From Catajapyx aquilonaris (lineage: Eukaryota): a DNA stretch of 58,337 nucleotides. Location: NCBI GenBank assembly GCA_000934665.2, contig KZ538328.1, positions 62,001-120,337 of the forward strand, written 5' to 3'. Of this stretch, positions 1 through 14,900 are shown piece after piece; positions within the stretch are counted from its first letter, which is position 1, and each line of letters opens with the position of its first letter. Made by a program: the position numbers and the translations under genes. The notes under the pieces were generated by a model. That model was given only the letters and a program-made list of their open reading frames with translations. It did no database searches and had not been told where the DNA came from.

Positions 1-3000
1 AAGCCTTAGGGTTGGAATAGACAGCCAAGGCGAAGGGGAAAGTTGTGGCTAAAAAATGTCTCCGATGAGACCAAAACATGACATCTTGTTTATTATAGTC
101 ACGGCCGGAGAAGCTATGGTGTAACTTGTGCCACAATTTTTTTCCTTCAAACCTTCGGTTCAAAACCCCCTCGAAGGCTGGCACCAGTGCTATGGGGCCA
201 ACTTACACGTGTCTCTGGAACACTTTATTAGCTTCTGCAGTCGTCAGCCCAGAGTAAATATTTGAACGATGTAAAACGCGAGTTGGTTGGGCCAATATGT
301 TGAGGAATTAAGGGAGGGAGAGAGAGAGATTTTGCTGGTTTGGGACATTGCGAATGCAGAGGGGGATTTTACTAGTATTGTGAATTAAACGACACGGTTT
401 GTTTTGTCGTTTGTAACCGGGGATAATTACCATTAACTATTACATGTTGACGTAAACAACAGCCATTTAAAGCATGAAATGCATAAACTGTAGATAATTC
501 GATTGGATTTTCAATGGACCCGTGAAAATAATGAAGCTGTTGCTCGCTGTGAGGATTTTGGTAATTTATTTGCGTGATTCGCGCTTTGTTTTCCTTTGGT
601 GTGGTAACGCAGATTTTGAATACAGGCAATTCGTCAATTTCCAGTGTGATAAATTGCGTGTCTCCTATCTGGTTAAATTTTGGCCTAATGAATGCATTTG
701 TACGAGTATACACACAGCAGACCCTGGAATTGAACTAACCCCACTGTAACACGTGTACACCACATTCAGTTACCACCTGCGTAATTCACGTGGCCCACAC
801 GAGGCCTCGTCTGTCTGTCCCGGCACCAGTGTGAAGTAGTGTTCCATATTGCCAAGCACAAAGGCGTTTCTGGAATGAAGATTCATTGGACGTGTCAGAG
901 ATAGTTTATGGGCATTATTTTCCCACGATGGTAGGAATCTCCCACACGATGGATCCGACCCCCATCCCTCCCCATCCACCTTTCCTCCCCACCCACCTTT
1001 CCTCCCCACCTTTTCTTTCCCTCTGAGGAAGGAAGGGTGTAGCAGGCAGGGTGCATTCTTGGAGTTCTCGAGGAAAAGGGGTTGGCAGCCGCTCTTTGCA
1101 CCGTCCTCGATGGAATGTCTCATCAAAGTCTCACGCAGCTGTCGCAACCAGAACAAAACCCCTTTTCTAGGTGCAACAATATTGGCCCACTCGACTGTCC
1201 TAACATACACAATAGACTCACGTGCTTGCGGTACGTTGGTCAAACTGTAGTCTCAGAATATCTCCTCCTATTTGACCACTGCGGCATCTTTGCTGGGCCC
1301 AGTTGCAAACAAGCTCGCATGTATTTTGATCCCTTATCCGGAGGGCGCAGAATAGAGACAAGGTGGAAACCCCCCTTGTCCATTGAAAGATGGGCCTTGT
1401 GAGGATATCTNNNNNNNNNNNNNNNNNNNNNCCCCCCCCCCCCCTGCACAAAAGCGGGAGTGAACCAAAAGACCTTTTTCCTTTCCTCCTCCTCCGTCTG
1501 GCATGCGAGGAATGCCCGCCTCACGCGTCGTCGCCCGGTTGCCAGAGTTGGGCCCCAGGTGTGTATCATCTCTTTATCACCCAGCTATTCTCACCTGCAT
1601 CGATCAGGAGGCATTGTTCACCGGTTGTAGGCCGTGTCCAACTGATTCGCACCGGAGTGTCAGTGTTGGCTGCAAAATAGATGTCGGTGCCTGTTGGTTT
1701 TGGAGCCGCGTAATTTTCACACCCGGATTGAATGAGGTGTTTGGGATGAAATGAACGGAAGCTGTGTTCTGGAGCCCTACCTGGCTGCTGCGTCTCGCAG
1801 CATCAGCTCTGGGGCAAGGCCAAGGGCAACTACATTCCGGTCGTTCTTTTGCTTGAAGAGGGTGGGTGGGTAGGTGGGAGGAAAAGAAAAGCAAAGCTGG
1901 GTTCTGCCTTCCATTCACAGCCGCCTTTCCATTTGCATGTGCAGCTGGGACGCAGATGAGGAGGCTCTTTTGTATGGGACATTTTGGCACGCGACCATCC
2001 ATGTTTCATGCATTTTTTTTTCAGCGCCTGCGGAAGATGGTGCATTTCGCCAACCCGGTGTCGTAACTCAATTTTGACCACTTTGCCAGTAAGATTCCGA
2101 AAGTTAGCAAGTTGAGTTGCGACACTGCGGAACCCCGCGATTTGTTGGGCGCCAGTAGTACTTTCGGGTGCAGGGCGTGTAACAGGCTTCAAAGCGAGCT
2201 GATGCTTTGTATGCCTGGCTGGGCAGAGGTCGTTTTGTTGGCCCCCCTGGGAGATGTCCCATTTGACGGGAATGCGCCCACCTGAAGGGCTAGTGAGCCG
2301 AGCCGAAGAATCGACCACTTCCGGACTTTTTGGAGGGCCCAGGCAGACTCCCCTAATTTATGTCGGTGGCACAGAAGAGCCGCCTTTTCTCACGGTTCCA
2401 TCAGATGAAGGCTATAGACCAGTGGAGGAAGTGGTACTATCTCCGGGCACTATCGGACATTGCGGCCCTTTCATTACTCCAATGCATCTTTGTATAGGTT
2501 TTGGGGTCATTGTTATGGACCGGGGGTAGTTGAGGCTGACCCCCTCCAAACCCATACATATGGAATGCCGCTTAATTTCCGGGCGCGTCGCGGAGCATGC
2601 TGGCACAACCTTGTTCTTTGTGGAGGTGAGAGTCAGCGGGGTCCATGATGTGAAACGCTGGGGACCTTCGTCTGTGCACCCTCTTCTCTTCCGCCGCTCC
2701 AGACGACAGCCCATTTCTCACCAGCCACCCGAAAGACCTGTGGTGCATTTTTTTTCCTTGGGTGTCTTCTGTGTGGTGGGCATTGCTCACCTGGGTGTGG
2801 GTAGGGGGTAGCCTTCCGGATTTTTAGACTGGTCCTCCGGTAATTCCTGGGAATCGCGGGTAATGCCACGAGAATGTTAGATCGGAAATGAGGCGAGCAG
2901 GAAATTCCCATGCACTGGATGGGAAAGGTAAGCATCAACTTGGATACCTGACCGAAGCTGTGGGGTCCCGAGTATTTTTGGTGGCTGGAAATTCCACTCA

Positions 3001-6000
3001 GGTGCTAGCCGATGGAATTGAAAGTATTTGTAAGTATGCGGAGCGGAATTTAAAATGGCTGCTCCTGCTCTGGATGCACTTTGCGCGAAGAGTCGGCCCC
3101 GGCGCTACAAAATAATTCAAGGAGAGTGTTGGGTTACCAGTCACTTGTGTGCTTCTGGAAAAAGGGCGTTTATAGAGAAATTTGTCGTAGGTTGAGGAGC
3201 ATTCCTTTAAGGAGGGGAAAAACGGGAAGCGCCCCCCATCATATATTTTCACCCTAACCTGTTGGAAAATTTCAGCGTCCATAACTCCGTCTGGGGTCGG
3301 CTCTACATCTTTTCCTGGCACTTGCACCTGTCACTTGCTTAATTTGAACGTCTCAATTTCAGATAAGGATGGGAAATGTGGAAAGCATCCTCGTGGAAAA
3401 ATAAGTGCGCAATTTTTTCATCCCATGATTGTGGGTAATAAAATGCCGAGGGCCGTCGGGTCGTACCTGACGATCGGCATTACACGCGAGTGGAATTTCG
3501 GATGATTCATCACCTCGCTTGATGCTGAGGCCACCGTGTAATGAAATCGTCATTCTGTGTTCCTTCTCTTTTTTTCCTCCCCTTTTAAATTGTGACGGGT
3601 CCAATTGCAATACAAACGACCGGATGGCAACACTTAGAAACGAGGAGGGCGCAGTAGGGGTAAAAGAATGGAAGGGGGAGGGAGCGGGTGGTTGGACCCC
3701 CCTTGGACGGAACATATAAGAATGGCGACCTGAGGGTCAAGGCCCACCCAGTCCATCCCCTTTGGCGGGCTTTGGCTTTCGCCGCCCCTGTCCCTCTTCA
3801 TCCGCCTCTCCCCACCCACCCCCTTCCTCTACTGCCACCCCCGAAAAAGGGATCTCAAAACCAGACAGACTCTGTTGCCACTTTTTAGAGGGTGGTGAGA
3901 GGGGATCAGTGGAATTCCTACTCAGGTGGGTGAGATCTCAAGTGCCCTCAAGGTGTGGGAACCTCAAATGCTTTAGTGGGTCAGATGGGAAGAATACCTC
4001 AGAAACCTTGGTCATGGGAGGGGGTGATAGCACTGCGCGTGCGGTCATTATGTGGACCTTATCAACTAGGGGGAATATTTACACCCATATGATTGTACAG
4101 TGCTGTGCAGGGCAGCCCGGACTGTTGGTGGGAAAAATGTGCATTCAAAATTCAGTGGGTGGCTTCAACTATAACTTGATCACGCTTCGGAATATTCTGT
4201 CACAAAATGCTGCTCCCTATATTTACGCAGCCTTTGCGTCGCTATGTCAATTTTGTGACAATTTTGTAAATCCACTTTTGTGTGTGTGCGTTTTTGTCAG
4301 GAGAGGTTAGCATGTTCTATTAGCAGCAATGCATCAGGCGCACGGTTTTTTTTCAGGCCTACATGGCAGTAACGGAATAATCACAATACAAAGCAGCTTT
4401 GTACGCGTTTGAATGAAAGTTTAATAGAGTTTATATTGGATGAAAATTAGGGGGAAATCTGCCCTTGAGCTGTTCGGCTTTATCCTGTATGAGCTTGAAA
4501 CCCAGGAGACTCTCTTGACTAACGGGTTGGTATAACAGGAAGGGGCAAAATTCTGTGATGTGTGGCGACTGCCTTTTCTTGACCTTTCTACTTGGTAAGC
4601 ACCATACGTGAAATTTTCAAATTAAATAATTGAAACAGTAATGTCACTGGTTATGACTTCAGGCATATACTGCATGAATCACCATTCTTGTGTTCTTAAG
4701 TGTCTAAGGCTTTTCCAAGTAACCAATTCGTAATTCAAGTGTAGATAATTTATGCGATTTTGACATAAGTTATCTGAAAATTATAAATGCGCTTATTTTA
4801 TGTTTTTGTGAATGAAATTGTGTCCCCTTCTATACATGTATATCTCGGATAACCATTTTCACAAAGAAATGTAATGTTGTTGAAATATTTTGACTCATGC
4901 AAGATGGAACTGTTACACTCTCCTGCTGAATATAACACACCCAGTACTACCACGGAGTGGCAAAATTTTTTTAAAAAGAGGTGGAACTTGCAAGATTGTG
5001 CAAACTTCTAAACCTAGGCCACTCTCACGACCCCACGGGAACTCATCAAAACCCGGAAGAGACTTGGTGTTTGCGAGCACATTTTACGTAATTCAAGATT
5101 CTCCCGATACTGTCGCAATTAAAATCCGGTTTCCGAGTCAGGCATACTAGATAAAATGGTACATTTTCTTTTTCTGCAAACTACTCAGACTTGTTTGGCA
5201 GATCAGGCTCTAATCACGATCTATGACAAAAATCTGCATAATAATAAAAAAAGAACGTAGGGGTCGAATTGAAACAGGTTGGCAAATGGAAACAGGAGGT
5301 TAATGACAGTGGCTGATTCATTTGCCCTGTGAGGAATACAACAACTTTGCTTTTCGCACCACCAGAACCAACAGTCCTCCAAGTCTGAAAATCCTGCCCN
5401 CCCCCCCCCCTAGTTCATCGGCCGCATTAGGAAACAATATTATCCAGAGCAGAACCACAATGGGGGTGGCCCCTGGTAGTAATGGAGGGTCCGATTTGCA
5501 TGAATCGAAATCCCGTTTGCCTCCCTTTTTTGTAAGGCTAATTCGGTCCTTGGTTTAAGCCGCCAACTTGACAGGTTACTTCACTCCAATAGTTTTTTAG
5601 CGCCACACATATACAGAGCCCCATAAGCACGTTCTAGTTAGCAGTACAGTGACCAGCACATCTGGACGCATGTTCATTTGGAATTGGCTGCTGTTTGCGA
5701 GTATTTAGCGTAGAGCTTTTTAGGAACTGGGGGTGCATAGGGTGCTTTTGCGGTAAAGTGATGTGGCGGGCTGGAAAGGGAAGCCAGTAGGGATGGATGG
5801 GATGTGTTTCCATGGTAACTATGGTACCCGCCACGTGGCGAGGGTGGGAAAAAGAGGGCTGGGGTCATCCTGGGGATAGAGCTGGCAGACACTCAGGGGG
5901 TGACAAGAAGAGTGGGGGGAAGGTCGTCGTGTCTTTTGTGGGCGGTGGGGAGAAAATGTCATTTTGCTTGGCTTGTTATGCCTGGGATCCTGAAGACAGA

Positions 6001-8751
6001 CAGGAAAAGGAACATGTCCTCTTGTGGAATATGGCCAGACCCCCATCCCTATTTAGTTGGAAGTTCAGCACAGGTCCTGGAATCTAGAAGGATCAAGTGG
6101 AGTGTGGGGGTGTGCAAATTGGATCTGGTAAGGAGAGTTTCATGGGGGGAGAGCCTACCATTGATCCAGTGGTGGCAGCCATGACTCGAGCGTGAGTAGG
6201 ACGTGGCGTGAGGGGCCATAAATACCCGGGGCTGGTGGTAAATTCAGCCTTGAATCTTGTTAAGGTCAGAGTCTCGCCATGGGCTCGTCTTTAAAAAGTG
6301 GTCTTTAACGATTGTTGTAGGACAAATTATATAAATGCGCACGGAGCAGCCAGCGCACTCTGCAGAAAGATCATGGCATCAGTGAAGGTCAAAGTCTCGC
6401 TCTGGACACCAGCCATTAGGTTTGTGCCAAGAACCCTACATTTCTCGGAAAATTTGCCAGGAGTTGCTTTTTTGCCTGCCACAATAAGTTTAGAGTGACA
6501 TTAGTCTTGCGTAAGTGAATATCCATCCTTTTGGTGGGCTTCATCTTTCAGTATCAAGAGCAGGGATTCTGCCCTCCTTTCAGCACGAAATAGTGGTTTA
6601 TCCTCGTACACGTGACATCCTTGGACCGACGCATCGCTGGTGTTACGAGCGGATTACGGGAGATTTAGGTTATGCTGGGGGGCCAACTATTGTGTAGGGA
6701 CTAAACCCTGTGTGTGTGTACTGTACGTATACCAGACTTGTCCTTTTCGAAGCGTCGGTTGTAAATCGGGGCGTTTATCCCGGGCTATGGCAACACGCAG
6801 TCAATCTATCAGGCGGTCCTGGTTTAGTGGTTGTGCCTGTTGATGGAACGCGTTGGAATCCCCGCTGCCCAATTGCGTTCCTGCTAACAGCTGGCCATTG
6901 CGTTGATTTGTGAGGGTGGGAGAGGTGGCGGCTGCCGATGTTGTGCACAATGTCGACCTGCAAGCAAATGTCTCTATATATCCCGTTAGCTGGATGGAGC
7001 TGCCCTGCCCATACCGGTAGCGCACATTAACGGCATTTTAATTCGCGTGTTGATGCTTTTGCTATAGATGATTAAATCCAAACTGGCATTGGCCTATAAG
7101 CTTCAAGCTGATAGCGCAAACATTTTTCTTGCCAGAACTTTGTGAGAACTGTTTTGGAACTGCTTAGAGAGTGGAGAGGGCTAAAAAATCGTTGGGTGGA
7201 AGACAAAGGAATGAATATTAAGAAGGTACTTACATTCGAGACGCCATTCAGTAATTAACGTGAAGTGCAGTTTTACTTTTTTATGTCTAGATGTCTTCCG
7301 AAGTTGTTTTTTCTTCTTCAAATCTTTCATCTTGTACTAACGCAGCTCTTTGTGGTATTGCTGACTTCAAAAAAAACAAGCATTGTGAGTGCTCCGAAAT
7401 TCGATTCTAACCGAGGTGAAATTAGCAAAATAGTTTGGCATGCTCCTTTCAAGGAAATCTGTTTTGTCATGTCATCCTGAAGTAGCGAGTAATTAATCTC
7501 CGAGTCATGTCCAATAATCTCAGAATCCCGTGCTGGCCAACTAACTTTTTGAAGCCGCCGCCGATTTCCAGCCAATAATTTGGACTTGTTTCTAAGCCTG
7601 AAAAAAAGCGACTCCTGCAAGAGGTATCAGAGATCCCTGTGATTGATGAAACAGCTTCACGCTGTTTTTTCCCCTCCTCTTCTTTTTCTCTGCCACTGGG
7701 CTGGCTCCAACCACCACACTCTTTCCCCCCAAATTGCGATTTGCGGTTGACCATCTCTGGCCTTTTCCGAGAGCTTTGCACCACCATCTGTAAAATTGGC
7801 TTCGGGGGTGGCAATGGAATGATTTATGGTCGCCATCAGTTTTTCTCAACCACCCCCCCACCCCCCCCACCACNAAATTATTAGAGGTAACTAAAACCAG
7901 ACCGCGAGCAATGGAATTCTACTTTTATTGCTATGCGATACGTCCTTTTTACCACCCATCTAGGGGTGCTGTTTCGAGTCGTTTGTAGTCATGTTGGGCC
8001 TATAACTGATTCCTATTGACATCCTGAGCAACTGTATAGCTTTATCGAAATGGGCGCGTGGGGGAGAGGTATTAAAGCTAGGGGAAAAAGTGGTACTGGG
8101 ATGATTTAATGAGTCCGTGCATTCCAATTGAACGCATTCATAACAATCATGATGTTAGCATTCGAAAATCAGACATTTGCAAATGAGCGTCATGCACTGA
8201 GTGTCACTTCTGTCGATAAATGATATGACAAATACACTCCCCATAAATTGTTGAGTATTAAAACCGTGTTTGTATCGCGTAAAAGCAGTCAGGAATTCAT
8301 TAGCAAATGCCTCTCATTTGTTACGTGCACTAAGCATTATAACACGGTCAAAAGTGAATTACCAACACCTGCATGCTGGCATCACATTGCGCCATGTTTT
8401 ATCAATTCTCCGACGGTAATAGTGCCGATTGTTAACACTACCGCAGGCGTGTTCCCTTCGACAAGTACGACTTGAATATGGCATTAGCGTGTTTTTTTTT
8501 GGAACTGGACAAATTATTTGACTGCCGCAGGGCTGGGTATAATAGAAAGGCAGTCCGACCGCTTGTTTTTACAGAGTTGTTTGATTCCATTGTCAGTCCA
8601 TACCACTGATCTCTAATATACACTGGATTGTGGATTGCTGTGATCGATAGTACAATTCTTGTTTCCTCCGAGCGCCATTTTGGGACACGGCTAAGGGAAG
8701 TTCTAACTGTGGCAATAACAGTTATCTTTACCTACGACGCTGGGTGAAGTA

Positions 8752-8913
8752 CAGTACTGGCCATATATCGAGGCAACCGCCAGCGACATTTTTCCGAAGC
8801 GGCAGAAGAAGGAATCGAAGATAAGCATGTTACAAGCCGGGCGAGCAAGATTCCTTCTTCTGCCGTTTCGGAAAAATGTCGCTGGCGTTTGCCTCGATAT
8901 ATGGCCAGCACTG
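8752..8913. mobile_element. Tc1/mariner-type MITE (162 bp)
   Basis: About 65-bp near-perfect terminal inverted repeats (CAGTACTGGCCATATATCGAGGCAA...TTGCCTCGATATATGGCCAGCACTG), flanked by TA at 8750-8751 and 8914-8915. Confidence 0.88.
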
Positions 8914-11900
8914 TACAACCCAAATCACATTTAAAAAAAGACATCAACTACTGTTGAGATCAGTGGTTCATATACAGTCATGTCCCATAACACTAGATTC
9001 TAGAACATCAGGAATTCGAGTGTTCAGCATAGAAACATGCGAAACTGCACATTCGGGTATGATTCAAAGGATTCCAAACCCACGACGCACCTCCTTACTG
9101 GTCGCAGATATCTAATAGTTCCATAGTTTCACATTCTGATTCATGAGCGATGGTGCACAAGAATGTGTCCTTGGCTGCCGTGACCAAGTGGAGTCGACTG
9201 ACAGTAGGAGGTGCGAACGTGCCGTTTTAGTTGCGTGTAATTTTCCAACGCGGTTGCCTCCCCCCCCCCCCCCCCCNNNNNCCCCCCCCCGGTTAACACT
9301 TGCAGGATGAAATACTTTTCCGGGCCCAATCTAGTGAGCATGACCCACTAGGAAGATAAACCTATAAAAATGGCGGCTGCAACAATCATAAGCGCTTCCG
9401 TGCTGCTTATCCTGTTCTTCTTCGGAGCGATTTTGATCTGACAAAAAGGGTTGGGCTTTTATTGATAATGTGGGCCGGGGCTTGTAGTGTGCATACACAC
9501 GCGGTGCTGAGCTCAAGTAATATCCTGAGAGTGAATTAGGGCGGGCTTTATCTGTAAAACTTCATGGGGCTGTTACGCCCACCCTCATGAATGGTCAGTA
9601 TACGGTGAACCGAGTCAGCAGTTTTATGTTGGGCCGGAACAAAGTTAGGTTTTCCAGCCCTACACTAAATGAAAACCCCGAGCTGCTGTGTTAAAATAGG
9701 CGGGGGGTGGTGGGCTGCTGCGGCAACTGCAGGGAACAATTATCCTCTGGAGGTGCGTAATAGAGGGTGGCCTTTTTGCCTCGGTCATATATTGTAATTC
9801 ATGATCCGAGGGTTCGAAAAGCAGTTCTTTTTCTAGACTTCTGGCTCGAAGTTTGTGACTGGATACATCTTAGGAATTGAAAATAAACATGGCCGCATCA
9901 TACAGCCAGATTGAGAATGTTGTCATAATGTTTCGTCTCCCAAGCTGTCATGTCAGAAATGGCAGGATCCGGCCTGAAGAAATAATTGCCTTCCATTAAG
10001 ACCGTCGCCTTGTTTTCTCCTGTGTCCTTCGAGATGCCCTCAGCATGTGTATATGGCAGCATGAAACAATGCGTCACCTGTTGACTAGAAGTTTTTTCCT
10101 TGTACGACCAGGTGTCAGACATGGGATGAAAAATATTGCTACTTGTCACACTCTTACCCAGTCAGTATACACCTCAGTCTTTGATGGCTCCACGTAAGCG
10201 AACAAAACCTATAATCATTTAACATGGGCCAGGATCGAGTGGGTGGATGTTTGGCAGAGGCATCTATCATAGGCCCCAGACTTACAATAAGTAAGTGGAA
10301 AATGAGGTTTCCGACAGGAGGCACATCAGCAGGCTGGGAATGAGAAGGGGGGGGGGGGGGANNNNGGGGGGGGGGTAAAAATCGAAATTGCAATCAAGAC
10401 AGGTTGGGGAAGGAATTGGCAGCTTCTGCACCAGCCCCCTCTGATGGTGCCCAGCTTTTTGAGTCCCTCGCTCGTCTCCCTCCCTATTTTGAATAAATAT
10501 TGGAAAGCGCCATCTGGGCTATCATTACTCAACTCATCTTCGTGGGGATTTCTGCCAAGCGCGTTCTTCGACTGGATCCCTTTTGTCAACGCTCTCTAGC
10601 TGAATATATGTGTTCAGTAGATTTCCAGTTTCCCATTTGCGCCCCTGGATATATAGGCAAATGACGCATAGTCGTATACTGCAGTCTTTTGCTGCACTTT
10701 GAAAGATGAGGATCTCGATACCTAAAACTGGCTCCTCTCGTGGCGTAAATGCTTTTAATTACGCCGTTAATCCCTCGGACGTTTCAGACATTGAGACTAA
10801 ACTGTTCTTTTACGGTGTTACCCACTTGATTTCATCCTGTCCCATTTAAGGGATTATATCCTTTCATTAGGAACATGAAGTGAGATTATGAGGAGAAAAG
10901 AAAATGAGGCGCATGACTCGGCATTGATTTTCCCACAAAATCTGCCAACTCTTGATCATAATTGCTAGTAAGTGAAGGGAAGTAAAAAGAAAAGCGGCCG
11001 GTTACTTTTATATCCCGTCATTACGGCGCTAACATTGTGCCAGAAATGAGCATTTCAAAGGTTCTGAGGTCGAATCTTCCGCCATGTATTATGAATTCGG
11101 TTGAGCAAAAAAAGAGCCATAACGTGGGGACGGGGAACGTTTTCGAAATTGCTTCCACTCCAGGAAATGGCAATATTTGTCGGCACAGTAATGATCTCCG
11201 AAAGAACCCCGTGAATACAAAAACGGTAGTTGACCCGGACCAGATTTAATAGCCATAGCCCTTATGGACTCTGTCAAATAAGAGACAGCAGGGAAATGAC
11301 ATCCCATCACAGGGAAATCTGGTTGGATCCAGCCGAAAATCAAGGGAAATCCCCGTGAGAGACGCCACACTCTTTGCAAAGCCCCCTGTGTTAAGTAACA
11401 AGTTTTCGCGCCTTCTTTTTCTCGTGTGAAAGACAGTCTGGCTCGGTGAGAATGCCAACATCCGTTCTTTGGAACATCTGTTACCTGTTCCGTGTTGGAG
11501 TTAGTCAAATGCAACCCACATATGAAAGAAAGTTCTTATGTCACCTGAAACTATCTCTTTTTTTGTGGCGCAGTTTTGTGGCGGGAATGGCAGAAAAGCT
11601 GCGTGGTGTCACATTTTGCAGGAAATTAATTCCAAACATCGAACATATCTTTTGGTACGCCTTTTCCCTCCCCGGACTGATATAGGTAGTACGTGAATGG
11701 GTCTTATCTGACTTGCCCCATCACCATTTCTCTGCGACATTGGTGAACACAGGAATTCCTCTGGGCGATACGAGATTGTGAAGGAAATTAAATTCCTGGC
11801 GTTATAGCCTGCACGTAGAGTGCAACGGGACAGATATTTGGGAATTACGTGCTCGGTGTGTTCTGGAAATGAAGCGCCGTGTTTATTGTGATGCGTGCTG

Positions 11901-14900
11901 AAAAGTTGTGCTGGAGCGCTTACTGGCCGTGTGGACCAAACGAGAGATACGGAAAAAAGTAATTTTTTGGAGCCATTTACACGCGGATGGCTCATTCCAT
12001 GAAAGAACTGGCCAATTGGAGAGATCTTTAATTGATATATTTGTGGCAGTTATTCGCAAACTGCGTCACCTATTGGGGCTATCAGTCAGACGTGTCGGCT
12101 GAAGTAAATGTCACTTGGTAAATTCCTTTTGACAACGTGATGACCGAAATGACCAATGGTTATGGCCCTGCCTCTTGTTCGCTTTTTCTCGGGACTTATT
12201 TTTTTATCCACTGGGAATTGTGGTTGGTTGCTCTGTGCTGGCCTCCATCTCTGGCAATCAGTTGGCCCAAATACGTGCCCCGAATTTTCGGCAACAACAA
12301 CGGCGTTAGGTTCCTTTTTTTTATATATATTTTATTTCTGGACTCGAGTCCTTTTTTTCTCTTTTCTCTTCGCTACACTGCGGCAGTGTCACAAGGAAGA
12401 AAACGCTGTCATGCAGTTTCTCAGTCTCCAAATTGACAACGTCCAGTTCAGATATTTGAGAACACCGCATGTGGCTTAGGGCTACATGTTCCGCAGCTTA
12501 GAGTGTTGGAGGTTTCCAGTGTGCCTTTTTTCTGCTATTGACCCTTAGCATAAAGTATCTTGCGTTTGCTGCAGTCAGGAGCTGCCAAATCGATCTTTCA
12601 TTCATGTGGCACACCACCCCACTATTTTGAATGTCTTGTGCGCCATGCAGCAGGACAAAGAGACATTATGCAAGTGTGTGCGGGTATGTCAATAGATAGT
12701 ACTAGCGGCTAATTATTTGTGTAACAAGACGTTTGCATGCTATCGATGATTTATGTCCTCCCTTGAACCCAAACCTTGGCCTGGCGGTACCGAGGGCCGT
12801 CCTCTGCGGTTTTCCCGACTCATATTTTGGCAATGTCCACGGGGTGAAAAATTGAGTTTGCAGGTGCCAAGAACTAATTTGCGCTGTCGATGGCTAATCC
12901 TTCCGCGCTGAGTGAAATAGACAAGCTGCCTGTAAATCCTGCAGCGAGACCCCCAAAAGCTGTGACCTCATTAAGCACTTTAAACTGCTGTGCCATGGCG
13001 GAGGGATAAAATCACTTTGCGGATCTGCATGATACAGGTGCCACTGAGCCAACTTCCCCTTTAATCCGGCTCGATTTGAATATTTCAAGACCAGGCCTGC
13101 ACAGTATATAGCCCCAGCCTTGAGGGAAAGAGCGCGCAGGTTGAAACCTTGGTGAATTATTCACTCGACGCTTCAGCTGGTGGAAAAGAAAAGTGGGTAT
13201 CTGCAATGTACTTGGGGATTCTGCTGCAGCCCACCAAAAACAGGCTGGCACACAAAATGGCCAAGATGCAGGCTTTTACTATGAAACGCGCAGTTGATGT
13301 TTATGGTCATTTTGGGCGAGCAACCGGTTGTGAAGCATCGCTCTCAGGGATGACATGACGCCAAAGGAAGCGTCCAAGTGTGGTCATCAGAGTGCCACCA
13401 TGACCTAACTCAACGTGCTGTTGCCCAGTTTGACGACCTCGGGACGCCCAAAATATTTCATGGCGATCAGGCTAAGTTAGGAGCTTGTTATGGCTCCTGA
13501 TTGGCAAGATAACAAGTCAACACCCCGCCCCGGGACACTGCCCCGTGAGAGCATCTTGGCCTACGGGTGCTAGCTGTAGCCTCATGGCGGCTCTCTTCAA
13601 ACACATGCAGACCAGTTCCCAAGGTCTGCAATTCTTCCGTGGTAGGCAAATCCAGTCTGTCCAGAAAATTAGTTCGGGAGTGTCAGGCGACACCCTCTTT
13701 TTTGTGTCCTCGTAACTCAAATGGTCTCAGGTCTTGGATATATACATGCGGACCCAACCCGGTCTTGCAAAAGTGGCTTCTTCTCATGATGGGAATCGCG
13801 GATGGATCTACAAGCGAGATATTTTAAACCCCAGTTTTTCCACCCTGGCGTTGTCGAAACACTGGCTGTCACTCACAGGCGATACTTGATGGAAGCCGCA
13901 AAGAACTCGAGTTAGGGTCGCTGCACTCAAAATACCTCCACTTTCTTGGCTCCGGTTGCACCTTTTCTTGTCCTGCCCAGAAGGAGAGGGTGACTGCTAC
14001 AATGCGCCATACGTACTATCAGTCAACGTATCCAATATTCGCCCAAGGTGGAAAAAATAGTGTTTCTGAGATACAGTTACTTAAGGGGTTGGTAGGGTGT
14101 ACATGTTGCGGTTTGGCCCGGATTCTGCGGAGAGAGCAATCCGGGCCAGAGCATTTTGCCCTCATAAACGGATTATCCCACCGTGTGTTAAGTTTAGGTG
14201 ACCTGTTTTATCTTAACCCACAGGGCGTTTTCGGCTCACTTCCTCCGCACTATTTGGGACCAAACTCCCTAATGATGCCGGCGAGGAAAATTGTATTATC
14301 TCGTAATCAGCGTGCTGAGGGGGGGGGGGGAGGGATGGGGAGAGACTGGTGGGGAGTAGGCCTTTTTGCTAAGTACACAACCTCATCCAGTTGTTCGAGG
14401 CCCAGGATTTTTCAGCTTCGCCGCGGGGCGTTCTTAATAAAACTACAGGGCAAACTTAATTTTTCCACATCTCGAAAGTTTCGCATCAGTGCCCAGTCAA
14501 GATGTGTTTCCAAGAAGAGATTTTACGAACTTCTCTAAGGTAGTTAGGCTGTTATTTTGTCATACGTCAGTACGTCTGGTACTCAAGCTTTTGGAACCGT
14601 GTGCCTGGAGATAATCCGTCGTTTTCGAGACCTCATAGGAGGCGTAAACGGGGACGGAAATTAACCATCTGGGGCCTGCAAAGGATGGTAACGTAAGAGG
14701 ATAACATGCTTGTAAAGGTGGTGGTACATGACATGTTTTGCTGCCATGTCTTGAGGGTGACTGCATCTACTCCATCCCACAACTACCATTCATTAGTGCT
14801 GAACACTTGAAGCCATGTGCCTACCTCAGTTATACCATTCCTACGAGAGATGCTTGCGGGTTGCTGCTGGGAACCATTAGGATGATGCAAAGTTATTTTA